NCBI GenBank assembly: GCA_934180065.1
Contig: CAKPRA010000007.1
Coordinates: forward strand, 1,963 to 65,962
DNA: 64,000 bases
From: an uncultured Clostridia bacterium
Lineage (GTDB): Bacteria > Bacillota > Clostridia > TANB77 > CAG-508
Direction: 5' to 3'
Part shown: positions 35,413 to 48,500 of the stretch, one piece after another
Layout of the letters: each line of letters opens with the position of its first letter
How positions within the stretch are numbered: position 1 is the stretch's first letter
Notes under the pieces: generated by a model
What the model was told of the DNA's origin: nothing
Database searches by the model: none
Seen by the model: the letters and a program-made list of their open reading frames with translations, nothing else
Made by a program: the position numbers and the translations under genes

Positions 35413-36327
35413 ATGAAAAGACGGTTCGAGAAGTTTGTAGCTATTATTGCTACATTCACAATGACTACAGGCATGACTTCAATCATGACTACAATGGCAG
35501 CAGAAACATCAAAACCAGAGGATAATCTGGCAGTTCTTATGGAAGAGCTGAGAGATTCCTCAGAGGAGCAGAAGGAATATTCTGAGGTTCTCGATTTCAA
35601 TGGCGATGGCATCATTAATGTGGCTGATGCAGTCTTTTTAGAAAAACAGATTGCAATAGATATCACAGATAACACAGATAAGAAAGACAACGTTTCAGCT
35701 GATGACCAGAATTCCACGGATAATGAGAAAATGGTAGAGGTTATTGACAGAAACTATCCAGGATATTTTCAGAGCCCATATACTTTTGAGAACTATAAGT
35801 TCTACAAAATCTACCGTATAAAAGAGGGTCAGGATGTTACTGAGGTGTCTGGAGCTAAACCGGCAATTGGTGTAGTATGTTATCGTTTATCAGAAACTGA
35901 TACACCAAATTACATTCAGACTTTCGATTTTCTTGAAAGCAGAGATGCTATGATTACCGGAATATTAATGTATAATGACAAAGAATATTCCTATGGTGTA
36001 GGTTATCCTTATCAGAATGGATGTGGAAGTCTGTACATAAAAGATCATATCTTGAGAATTATCGTTCACTTAGAAGAAGAAGATGGATGGGATGTAGCAA
36101 AATATGATTACAATAAAAACAATAAAATCGATATCGGCGACTTGGTAATCTTTAAGAAATACTTCTATAACACACCATGGAAGTGGGTTACAGATGGAAA
36201 ATATGAATATGGTGTAAACGATGACTGGGAACACCTGAGTTATAATGAGTTCTTTAGAGAATTAGCTTATAAAGAGGATTGGAATGAAGTTGGTGATGAC
36301 GACGGAGGTTATTATTTTTATAAATAA
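35413..36327 (+). CDS. Secreted protein (304 aa) with two dockerin-type Ca-binding segments split by ~150 aa of unrelated sequence
   Basis: Signal peptide MKRRFEKFVAIIATFTMTTGMTSIMTTMAA. LDFNGDGIINVADAVFLEKQIA (nt 35590-35658) and YDYNKNNKIDIGDLVIFKKYFYN (nt 36103-36171). RBS TAAGGAGGAATCA. Elevated G+C (38 of the first 100 nt by hand count). Confidence 0.7.
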   Translation: MKRRFEKFVAIIATFTMTTGMTSIMTTMAAETSKPEDNLAVLMEELRDSSEEQKEYSEVLDFNGDGIINVADAVFLEKQIAIDITDNTDKKDNVSADDQNSTDNEKMVEVIDRNYPGYFQSPYTFENYKFYKIYRIKEGQDVTEVSGAKPAIGVVCYRLSETDTPNYIQTFDFLESRDAMITGILMYNDKEYSYGVGYPYQNGCGSLYIKDHILRIIVHLEEEDGWDVAKYDYNKNNKIDIGDLVIFKKYFYNTPWKWVTDGKYEYGVNDDWEHLSYNEFFRELAYKEDWNEVGDDDGGYYFYK

Positions 36328-36336
36328 CTAAAAAAT

Positions 36337-36363
36337 GGGGAGCTTTGCTCCCTGTTTTTTTTT
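36337..36363 (+). terminator. Rho-independent terminator
   Basis: GGGAGC-TTT-GCTCCC followed by TGTTTTTTTTT. Confidence 0.85.
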
Positions 36364-36400
36364 GATCGATTAAATATATAACAATATTATTAATATTAGA

Positions 36401-36444
36401 AATTTGTAAAAAAATGTAAAACAAATGTAAAACAAATGTAATAT
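36401..36444. repeat. 11-nt phased repeat AAATGTAAAAC (4 units, outer ones degenerate) upstream of the 6,328-aa gene
   Basis: AATTTGTAAAA / AAATGTAAAAC / AAATGTAAAAC / AAATGTAATAT. Confidence 0.75.
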
Positions 36445-36501
36445 AAGCAAGAAAAATGCATTTCCGTAGGTATAGTTATAAATATTAAAAGAATTAAATT
36501 T

Positions 36502-36529
36502 TTGACCATAAATGAAAATGCATTAAAAT
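36502..36529 (+). promoter_or_regulatory. Candidate sigma-A promoter TTGACC-16-TAAAAT
   Basis: TTGACC 36502-36507, TAAAAT 36524-36529. Confidence 0.35.
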
Positions 36530-36564
36530 AATAAATAGTAATTTAAAAAACGGAGGAGAAATCT

Positions 36565-39500
36565 ATGAAAAAAAGAAAGAATATATTACTATTTATTATA
36601 TCAATTATAATTTTAGTAGGAATAATATTGTTTGGATTTCTGAATAATAATTTGGAAATAATTAATTTAAAAAAAGAAAAAGAAAATTTAGCATTGTCTA
36701 AAATTTCTGGAAGATATGTTAGAATGGTAGAAGAAATGGGAGATGGAGAATCTGTTGATGGAGAAATCAGAATCTATTCAGAAGGTACACCACCAGACGT
36801 AATTGCAGATAGAACATATGATTTTACTAATGGATATTGTATGCATCAGGGAGATACATTCAAGGGATATGTTCCTAAAGGAGATAATGTAAAATACGAA
36901 TCACAATATTCTGGGTACGAAAAATATGGTGGAAGTATTAGATGGCTATTTGATAATGTAGTACTATTTCCTAGCCCAGCAGATATTGATGAATATAAGT
37001 CAAGATTGGCATATATATTAAATTATGATACTATAAAGAAAATGGAAAACAATGAGATTTTTAGTGCTCAACAATATGCAGTGTGGCATTTTACAAATGA
37101 AGCTAAAACAGATGAATTAATACCAGAAGGAAATATTGGTGAATTAGCTAATAAATTGATAGAAAAAGCTGAAAAAAATTCAAATTACAGTGGAAATGGA
37201 GCTTCTACAACTATTACAGATAAATCTGATAAAAAATTAGAGAAAATAGGAAATGATTTTTGGATAGGTCCATATAATGTAAATAATAATGGAAAAATAT
37301 ATAAATTAACAATTGATAATACAACAATTAATGGAAAAATTGTAAAGATAGAATTATATACAGGAAAGAACTCTGGAAGTAAAATAGATAATGATTCATA
37401 TAGAACTCAAAGTGGTGATATATATATAAAAATTCCAGGCTCATTAAATAATAATTTTTCTGGAATATTAAGTCAAAAAAATAATTTTTCTGCAAGTATT
37501 GATTTAGACGATTATGCAACATCTACAAGATACTGGGAATGTGAAAGTAAAGGATATCAACCAGCAGTAACAATACAAAGAGAGCATAAGCCAATAAATA
37601 TATCAGCAACTGGAACATATAATGCACCAGACGGTGAATACCATATGAATATTGTAAAAAAAGCTATATGGGATACAAATACAGATAGTGAATCTGATAC
37701 AGCTGATAAATATAAAAATGCAATTGGTGATGCAAAGTTTGAAATAACACAAAGCGGAAAAAATTTCGCACAAACTAATAATGGAAAAACTAAAGATAAA
37801 GATGAATTAGTTAGTATATCTGGAAATATAGGAAGAATAGTATTCAATAATAACGGAAGTTATGGAGATGGAAGAATAAGTATAACAGAAGATAATTGGA
37901 GTAATGAAGATTACTATTCAATAAAGGAAATTGCAGCACCTGAGGGATATAGTAAAAATAATAGAGAGCTATATTTTGGAGTAACTAAGATATATGATTC
38001 TGAATCTAAAAAATATGTAATTAATCAAATCATTTGCTATAAAGATTCAAATTATAAAGATGTGATAACAAGTGTATCACCAGAAAAAGATGTTTCAAAG
38101 TGGATAAAAATTGGATTTAATGGGGAATTATTAAGTGAAAGTGAAAATAATTACGCAATTGCACTTGAGTTTAGAAAAAATGCTATTACAATCACATACA
38201 AAGATTATCCAGAAAGTTCGTATAATCTAAATATTGCCAAAAAATCTACGGATAGTACAATTGATTCTGCAAATGAATATAAAGACTGCTTAGAAGGCGC
38301 GATATTTGAAATTAAACAAAATAGAAATGATGGAAGTGGAATACATAATGGTTTCTCTATAAATCCAACAGCAGAGAATAAAAACAATGAGAGCGCATTT
38401 GATCATGATTCTGATGGAAATCGTATTGTAAAAACATGGAAAGGAACTCTTGCTAAATTAGCTTTTGATGGTCATGGAAGTGATTCTGATGGTAATGTAA
38501 AAGTAGATGGAGATAACTATAATAAGGAAGATATTTATACTGTAAAAGAAATAAAATCACCTAATGGCTATACAAATGAAGGTAGAGAATTAAAATTTGG
38601 AATATTAAAAAAATTATCAGATGATAAGAAAAGCTATGTAATAGATAAAGTCAAATTTTATGGATTAAATGTTAGTTCAAATACAGTAATAAAAGAAGTA
38701 ACTTCTAATGGAAATAGACAATGGCTAAAGATTGATAAAAATGGTAATGTAGTTGATGAAAATAGTGATAATTATGTAATATCATTAGATTTTAATCAAA
38801 CAGCTATTAATGTAATATATAAAGATCCGGAAATAAAAGGAAACTATGACTTTAAATTAGCAAAACTTGATAGTGCAGACATTTCTAAAATAACTTCATT
38901 AGATGAATATGAAAAACTAAAATATGTTTCTGGAGTTGAATATGGAGTTTCACAATTAAGAGCATCTGTAGTATCTCCTGTAATTGGCGATAATAGAAAA
39001 ATAACAACTCAAGAAAGCCCAGTATCTATTCAAAAAGATGGAACTATTATAGGAAAAGATGTTATAAATAATATAATACATAATGGAAGTTCTGATTATG
39101 ATAATTATTTAATATATGAAACAAATAGTAAAGATGCAGGCTATGTAAAAAAAGATGTATCATTTAATATAGGTGTTTGCGTAACAATAGAAAATAACAA
39201 TACAGAAAATGCTAAATATGTTGTTAATAAAATAAAATGTTATAAAAATAAAAGTAATACTGGAGATCCTGATTGTGAAATTAATCAAGGTGAAAAATAT
39301 GTTGTATTAAATACCGGAAAATTTGTTAAATTAGAAGATATATTAAAATTAGATAAAAAACAAAGAGAAGACAAATTATTTACGGCTACGGCAATAATTG
39401 GGTTAGATAATAGTTCAACTATTTCTTATGTTGGTATAAATCAACAAATTACAGGAAATTATAAATTAAGACTAAAGAAAATATATAAAACAGATGATGG

Positions 39501-42500
39501 ATCAGAGATAGGAGTTAAAGGTATAAGTTTCAAAGTTAATAAGAAAATTAACGGAGAAAATGGTACTGGAACTAATTTTAATTTAGGTCCAACAGGAAAT
39601 AATGGTTATACAAATATATATACATCAAATATAACAAAAGATGATGTTAATAAAACAGATGTATATGAGATAAGTGAAATTGAAGATAGTAATGAAAACT
39701 TAATTCAATTAAAGAATCCTATAAAGATATTTGTAACTAAAAAATGTCAGAAATCACAGGGAAATAATGATTTAGAAGAGTATGTAATTGATAAAGCTTC
39801 ATTTGAATATGGAGATGAAGTAACTGAAGGAGAAACTTCTGAAACAGTGGCAACTCTTGAAGATGGAACTGAGGTATCTGTAAAAATGACTGTTAGCTCT
39901 TCAGGAGTATTAATTACAGTACCAAATAAATTAAATGGTCACTATAACTTAAATATTGGAAAAAAATCAACTGAAAATAATGAATATAAGAATAATAATG
40001 ATAGTGATTATATAGCTGGAGCAAAGTTTAATGTTGAGCAGTATTTAAATGTTAGTCAAAATATTAGTGATATAAATAATATTAATCCAAATAAAAGTGA
40101 CAGCATAGTTTCACAAAGTGGAAAATCTGTACCAGTTACTTTTAACAAAAATGCAAATATTGATATTGATAATACTGCATTAGTAGATAGATATAAAATT
40201 ACAGAAATGGAAGCACCAAAGGGATTTTCATTAAATAAGTCATTTAAAGATACGGGAACAAAAGATGGAATTTATTTGACAGTTACTAAAACTATGCAAG
40301 ATGGAGTTTATAAAATAAAAAATCTTTCATTAACTAGAATACAAAATGGAAATAGTTATGTAATTAAAGATGGTATAACTGATGATATTATTACTGTTGA
40401 TGATTATAATTGTAAAATAGTATGGAATAAAGATACAAATACTATAGACTTTATTATTGGTGATCCGGTTGCTAATGGAGAATATGATTTTAAAATAACA
40501 AAAACAGATGTTACTGGAGAAATTATAGACAGTGAGATAACTACATTTGATGTTGATGTTTATAGTCAAAAAAATGAATCAAATGGAAAAGTTTCATTTA
40601 GTAATCCAGTTTCATTAAAACATACAGATGGAACTAATGTTGAATTAAAAAATATTAAGGCAACTACTGGTGTTACAACAAATTTAAATAATATTAAAAT
40701 AGATACTAATGATATAGGTAAAACATATTACTTTGTAATTACTGAAACTCAGGCACCAGATGCATATTCAATGATTGATTATAAAGTTGTTGTTCCTGTA
40801 AAATATGTAGAGCAAGATGGAAAATATTATATTTCAAAAGATGAATCTTTTGCAGTAACAGCTGACAATACTAAACAATCATTAGAAAAAATGAGTTCAA
40901 ATGTAAATGAAGTAGTAAAAGTTGAACCTGATGAAGAGCTTGGAAATACTATTAATGTAAAGGTTCCTAATAAAATAAAGAAAGGAACATATACATTTAA
41001 ATTTTCAAAGGTAAATCCAGATAGAAAAATTATTGGAAGTACAAAGACAAGATTTAATCTTAATGTTTATGCAAAAATGACTGAAAATAGCAATAAAGTA
41101 TCATTTTCTGACTTAAGAAAACTTTATGATGTTAATAATAAAGAAATAATTACTACAGATTTAAAATGTACAATGGGGGTTTGTGGAACTGTTTCTAATA
41201 TTAAAATCGAGGAAGAAAGTATAGGAAAGACTTATTACTTTGTTTTGGAAGAAAATGAAGCACCAGAAGGATTTAATAAAATTGAATATAAAGTAGTAGT
41301 TCCTATAACTTATAAACAAAATGAAGATGGTTATTTTATTGAACATGGAGAACTATTTGCAGTAACAGCTGATGGTACTAAAAAAGCTATAAAAGATATT
41401 GATGAAATTGAGAGAGCTGAGGACTATTCAAATGCTAATAAACCAAGTATTGTTTTTGTAAAAGTTCCAAATACTCCTAAAGAAGGATCATATTCTTTAA
41501 ATATTGTTAAAACAAATTTAAATGGAAATACAAATAGTAAATTAAATGCTACATTTGATGTTAATGTGTATAAAACAAAAAACATAAATGGTAATAAAGT
41601 TGAATTTAGTAATGAGTATAAACCTTTAAAAGATACAGCAGATAATAATATTAAAACAACAGATTTAGTAACAGAAAATGAAAACACAATAAATATATCT
41701 GGAATAAAAATACAAAAAGCTGATGCAGGAAAAGAGTATTACTTTATAATTAATGAAAAAGTAGCACCAACTGGTTATAATGGAATTGATTATAAAATAG
41801 TAGTTCCAATAAGCTTCATTGAAAAAACAGTAGATGGAAAAACAGTTTATACAGCTAAAGTTGGAGAAGCTTTTGGATTAAAAAATTCATCAGGAGATAC
41901 TACAGTTTCTGGAGATATGATTAATCTAGATGATAGAGTTTCTATACCAAAAACAACTGACGGAATAATTAGTGTAACTGTTAAAAATAATCAGAAGAAT
42001 GGTGGATTTAAGTTAAATTTAGTTAAATATATTAAAGGTTCAACTGCTACATTACCTGGTGCTAAATTTAAAGTTACAATTAAAGATAATGGTACAGGTA
42101 AAAATATTTATAGTAAATCTGATTTAACAACAGATGGTGAAGGTAAAATACCTGAAATTACTGGATTGGATATTAGAAAGGAAAATGTTTCATATACTGT
42201 AACAGTAGAAGAAACTTATACTCCTGATGGATATTTAGGATTAAGTGGTCCAATTAAATTTACTGTTAAATCAAGATTTAATACAAATAAAGATGGATAT
42301 GAGTTAGTAGCAGCAAATCCAACAGTAGCAAATGCTAAAAAAGTTGAAGTAAAAAGTGGAGAAATATATATCGAAGCTGAAAACATTCCAGAGCCTTCAA
42401 TTCACAAAGGTGTAAAAACTGTGGAAAACCAAGATTCTGGATATTATGATAATGTTGAACATGATTGGGTAATTAACACAACTGTTCCAACTGGAATAAA

Positions 42501-45500
42501 TCAATTTACTAAATATTATGTGACTGATAAAATTGACGAAAGATTAGTATTTTCTAGAAATTCAGTTACTGTCAAAGTTATAGGTGGAAATAAATTAACA
42601 GCTGGAAAAGATTATAAAGCAAATTATGATTCAAATACTAGAGTATTGACAGTTTCATTTATAAATGATGATTTTGTAGCTGGAAAGAGCTTACCAGAAA
42701 ATTCTACAATTGAAATTAGATTTAAAACAACATTTGCTAAAGATGAAAATGGAAATATAAAAGCATTGGGTCAAGCTGTACCAAATCAAGCTGAATTAAC
42801 ATATTCTAATGATTCTGAAGAGCATAAAAAATATTCAGAAACTCCTGAAGTACATACAGGTGGAATTAAATTATATAAATTTGAAGATGAAAATGGAAAT
42901 GGACAATTTGATAATGGAGAGCTTAGCTTAGCAGGTGCTAGATTTAAAATTGCTTTGACTGAGCAAGATGCGCTTAATAAAAACTTTATTAAAATTAAAG
43001 ATAAAAATGGAAACAATACAGCAAATGATATTGTTGGAGAATCTAATAGTGAAGGTATAGTTGAATTTAAAGGCTTGGAATTTGGTGGAGATGCAAGCTC
43101 TAATGTTCAAAACAGGACTACTGATAAAACTACTCATGCTTTAGTTTATAATTATGATGAAACAAAAGTATCTTCAGATTTCTGGATTGTTGAAACATCA
43201 GCACCAGAAGGATATATTATTGATGAAACTCCTATTAGAGTGACTATAACAAAAGATAGCTATAATACAGAAATAGCATATATGCCTAAAAAAGCAAATA
43301 TTTCTATTAAAGGTGAATATTCTGTTAAATTAAGAAAAGTTAATAATCAGAATAATAATATTCAAAATGCTGAATTTAAAATCTTATCAAGTATTAGTAA
43401 AGCAACCAGAAGTTCAGTAAAAACAGATGCAAATGGTATTATTGATGTTTCTAATGGAAAAGTTAATATTATTGCAAATGATAAAAGTGAAGACGAGAAT
43501 TCTTCTACTGTTGGAAAAGCTGATTCATATGAAATTAAAGAGCTTTCTGCAAGTTCATATTTAATATTGAAAAACTCAATAAAGATTATTGTTAATAAAG
43601 AGCTTAATGAGGCTGGTGATAAGTACAGAGTAAGTAGTGTAGAGCTTAGTGAAACTGGAAGAAAGAATTCTACAACATTGATTGTTTCAGATACAAGTAA
43701 AACTGCTACTTTAAAAGGAGTGTTATTAGCTGATAATAAGAAAACGGTTGATGTTAAATTAAGTATTGATGGTAGTGATAACATTTTAGTAAATGTTCCA
43801 AATGATGACTTGGAAGGTGAATATAAGATTTCATTATTAAAGAAAAATAGTAATACAGGTGAAATATTAAAAGGAATACCATTTAATATAAATGGTACTG
43901 CAAGAGCAACAGATGAAAATGGAACATTAAGCATAACACAAGATAGAGAAGTTGATGGTAGTGTAAAAATTACTAGATCAAATGTTGGAACTCCTGATCA
44001 GTATGTAATTAAAGAAGAAACAAATGAAAAAACAAAATATGTTTCTATAATAGAATCACCTATTACTGTTAAAGTAAATAAAGGGGAAAACAAGAATAAG
44101 AATCAATATATTGTTAAATCTTTGGAAATTACAGCAACAAGTACTAGTGGAGAAAAGACAACAACAATAACAATTAATGAATCTACCAATACAGGTTCAG
44201 GTACATTTTTAGCTAAATGTACAGATGGTACAGATGTTAAATGTACTGTAAGGGCTGGAAGTTCAGGAATTACAATAGAGCTTGATAACCCAAGCAAGGC
44301 TGGTTCTTACAACTTTGACATAAATAAAGTTGTATTAAATGATAACGATGAAGAGCAAGGTCTAGAGGGAGTATCATTTAATGTTAATTTAAATGGATAT
44401 GAATATCCTTTATCAACAAACGCAAATGGATATACAGAAAATATAACAAAAGATATAACAAGTGACAATGTTGATAACAATGATGAATTTGTTATTAGTG
44501 AGTTAAGTACAACTCAAACAAATATTGTTCAATTAAAGAATAACTTGAAATTGATTGTTACTAAAGGTGTAAATAGCTCTAATAATGGATATGAAGTAAA
44601 AACTATGGAATTAGCTGAAGTTGATGCTAATAATCCACAAAATGTTATAAGAACAACTGGTGTAATTAATATTGATGATTGTTTGAATGATACAGAAAAA
44701 AGAGGTACATTATATCTTGAAAATGTTTTATTAAAAGATGGTAGATCTGTAAATATACGTTTAACAGCAAAAGGAAAGACTGGATTCCAAATTGGTATAA
44801 AAAATAGAACTATGACTGGAAATTATGTTGTTAAGATTAGAAAAGTTAACTCTGCAACAGGTGAATCTATAGAGGGTATTACATTCTTTACTTTACAAGA
44901 TAAGTATGAAGATTCATATGAAGCAACAACTGGAAGTGATGGTATTGCCGAACTAATAAATAAAAAGATAACTAATAATGAAGAAGAATATTACACAATT
45001 CTTGAAAAAGAATTACCAGATAATTTAAAAGATAAATTATTACAAATTACGGATTATGGATTATACCTAAATATAAAAACTAAAAAGAATGATGATAATT
45101 CTGGTTATTTGGTAGATAGTGTGGAAATGAGTTCAATTAAAATGCAAGATTGCGGTGATGAGGAATTATCTAACAGACAAAAAGAAATTATGGACAAAGC
45201 TACATATGATGTAAATGATAATGTTATTACTATAACAATCTATAATGAGCCACTTATTGATTATAACTTTAGAATATATAAAGTAAATAATAAAAATGAG
45301 GAACTTACAGAAGCTAAATTTACTATAAAAGAAGATGGAGTTACTATACTAGAAAATCAAAAATTAAGTGAAATTAATGGATTGATTTCTAGAGCAAAAC
45401 AGAAGATAAATACTGTACATACATATGATTTTTATGAAACAGAAGCACCTTTAGGATATGATAATATTTTCGAAAAGACATATTTAAGAATCACAATAAA

Positions 45501-48500
45501 AATTGATGATAAAGGTAAAGTAACTGCAGATTATAAGGTTGCTCCAAATAGAGAAGTTGGTGGAACTATAAGTGATATGCTACATACAAATGCTATAATT
45601 AAAGAGTATAAAGAAGCAAGTGATAATAATGAAATACTACATGATAATCTAGATAATAGTTTTACATTACATATACCAAACCCTGTAGCAACTGCATCAA
45701 TTAAATTTGAATTAAATAAACATACTTTAGGTACAACTGATAGTATTGATGGTGTAGGATTTGATATAAGAAGATTATATATTGAAAATGAACAATCTTA
45801 TAACTATACTGATATTACAAATATGTTTGATAATGACCAAAATGGAATAGTAGGTTTAAAATCTATTACAACAAGCTCTCAAATATCAAATATAAATATT
45901 GATAATATAAAAGATATTAATGTTGGTGATACATATTATTATGAATTAACAGAAAATTCTGGAAAATTCCTTGCTAAATATAAAAAAGTTATAGTTAGAA
46001 TACATGTAAATAAAGATAAAACAATAGTTTCAAACATTATAGCTGTATATGGAATTAAAGATGGAGATAATACGAATAGTTGGTTTACTGAAATCAATAG
46101 CGATTATGCTTCAATATCTCAAAATAATACTAATACAATCTTAAGTCTAGCAAATACTGCAGGATATGCTGTTATTGTAAATAAGAAACAATTTGTTTCT
46201 GTAGTACCAAAAGATTCTAATGGTAATATTTTGTGGACTGGAATGCAAGGTTTATCAGGAGCAATATTTACAATTAAAGAAGTAGAAAATGATGGAACTG
46301 AAAAAATTGTAAATAATTCTTCTAATGAGCCAATAAATAATAAGGTTTGCACAGGTTCTTTTGCTTGGAGCAGAACAGATGCTACAACGTCTAAGAGATA
46401 TCATTATACAATAAGAGAAAATAGTAGTCCTGATGGTTATATTAATATATTTGATGGAGTAACAATTCATGTATATATTACTATAAAATCTGATGGTACA
46501 GTAGATGATTCAGATACTGCTACATATTATGAACTTGAATTTGATAGTGGTATTAGTGAGGAAGATAAAGCTTCTAAAACTGAATATTTGAAAGATAAAA
46601 TAGGAATTAACTTACAAAATAATACTATTAATTTAAATATATTAAATAAAAAAGATACTATTAACTTAGCTGTTAAAAAGATATCTGATAAAAAGGATTC
46701 TTCAGGAAAATCTATACCATTAAATAATATTAAGTTCTCTATAAGAGATACATTTGCTCAAGATGTAAGAGATATTATTACAAATGTAGATGGATATGCT
46801 GAAGATACAAAACAAATCTCTATTCCTCAAGATAGTATATTTAGTTATTATATTGAAGAAACTGAGGTTCCAAGTGGAATTACAATGTTGAAGAATACAC
46901 GAATTATTGTAAGTGTTGATGCAACAAATCTAACATCTGCAAGTCAATTGACATCAGATAGATTAACAGTATCACTTAGCAAGACTGGTGAAGGTGGATT
47001 AAGTGATGTTAGTGAATTACCTGGATTAAAGGTTGGTATAGAAGGAAATACTGTTGTTCTAACAGTTCCAAATGAAACAGAAACATATTTATTTAATATG
47101 TACAAAGTTGATGAAAATAATAATATAATTAAATCTGAAACTGGAAAAGTTGGAGCTAAATTTAAAGTTGATAGATTAATTTCTGTTGATGATAATGGAA
47201 GTGAATCATATTTTACATTATTAAATAATGTTTTGAAAAATGGAAGTTTATCTGAATCTAATATAATTGATGCTGATAAGGTTTATAAATATAGAATTTC
47301 AGAAATATCTTCAAAGACTGGATATATAAATGTTTTACAAGGATATGATTTGTTTGTTTATGTTAAAGCAGATAGTCAAGGTAAAAATATTAAAGATGTA
47401 CCAGAAACATATTATATTTTATCTAAGAAAGATGGAGAAAATCAATTATATTCTGAAGATGAAATAAGATCATATATAGATTTAAGTGTTGCAGACAATG
47501 TGGTTAATTTATATATTAAGAACCCATATGCATATAAATTTGAAATTAACAAAAAGAATTTAGCTGGTACTACAGATGTAGATAAAGCTGTTATAACTGG
47601 TGATAGAATTGCAAATGTTAGTGAAGATTTAACTAATGCAAATAAAACATTATTAAAACAAATTGTTGATGCAAGTGAGAAAAATGATAGCACAGGCGAT
47701 TCAGAAAAATATATTGCTCAAACAATAAAACTAGATAAAAAGACTTCTATAATTTCAGGAAATATAGAAATTAAGGAAAACGTTACTCAAACTTGGAGAA
47801 TTACAGAAAATAGCGTAGAGCTTCCATATGTAAATATTTTGAAAGATAAATATTTAATAGTTCAAACAGTATATAGTAAAAACAATGGATTAAAATTAGT
47901 TTCACATCAGGAAACGATAAACAATGAAAATAAATCTGTAAATTATTATGTATCTGATAAAGATGGTAATAATGTAACAGCAGAGCTTTATGAATATTTA
48001 AATGTTGAAACTGTACAAGTAAATGGAATTTGGACATTATCTGTAACAGTTAAAGACCCTGTAATGTATGAAGTGGATTTAACTAAAGTTGAATATAATC
48101 CAAATGGTAAAAATGAAAGTGATTATAAACAAATGAAGGGAGCAGAGCTTTCATTAACAAATTCAAATAATGGTGAATCTGCTGAGATTACAAAAAATGG
48201 AGAAGCTAAAACAAGAGCATTATCTGTTGAAACATCATTAGGTGATTTATCAAAGAGAACTTTTGAAATTAGAGAGCTTTCAACTATAGTTAACCATAAA
48301 AATATATTAGAAAATGTTGTTGTTTATGTTACAACTTCACTTACTGAAGATGGAACTTTGAACTATTCAGTAATATTAAAAGATAATACTGGTAAGACAA
48401 TAACAGGTACTGAAGAAACAAATATATTAGAATATATTAAATTCTTTGAAGGTACTAATGCTGATGGATATAAAGTGCTTCATGTTTATGTTGAAAATCC

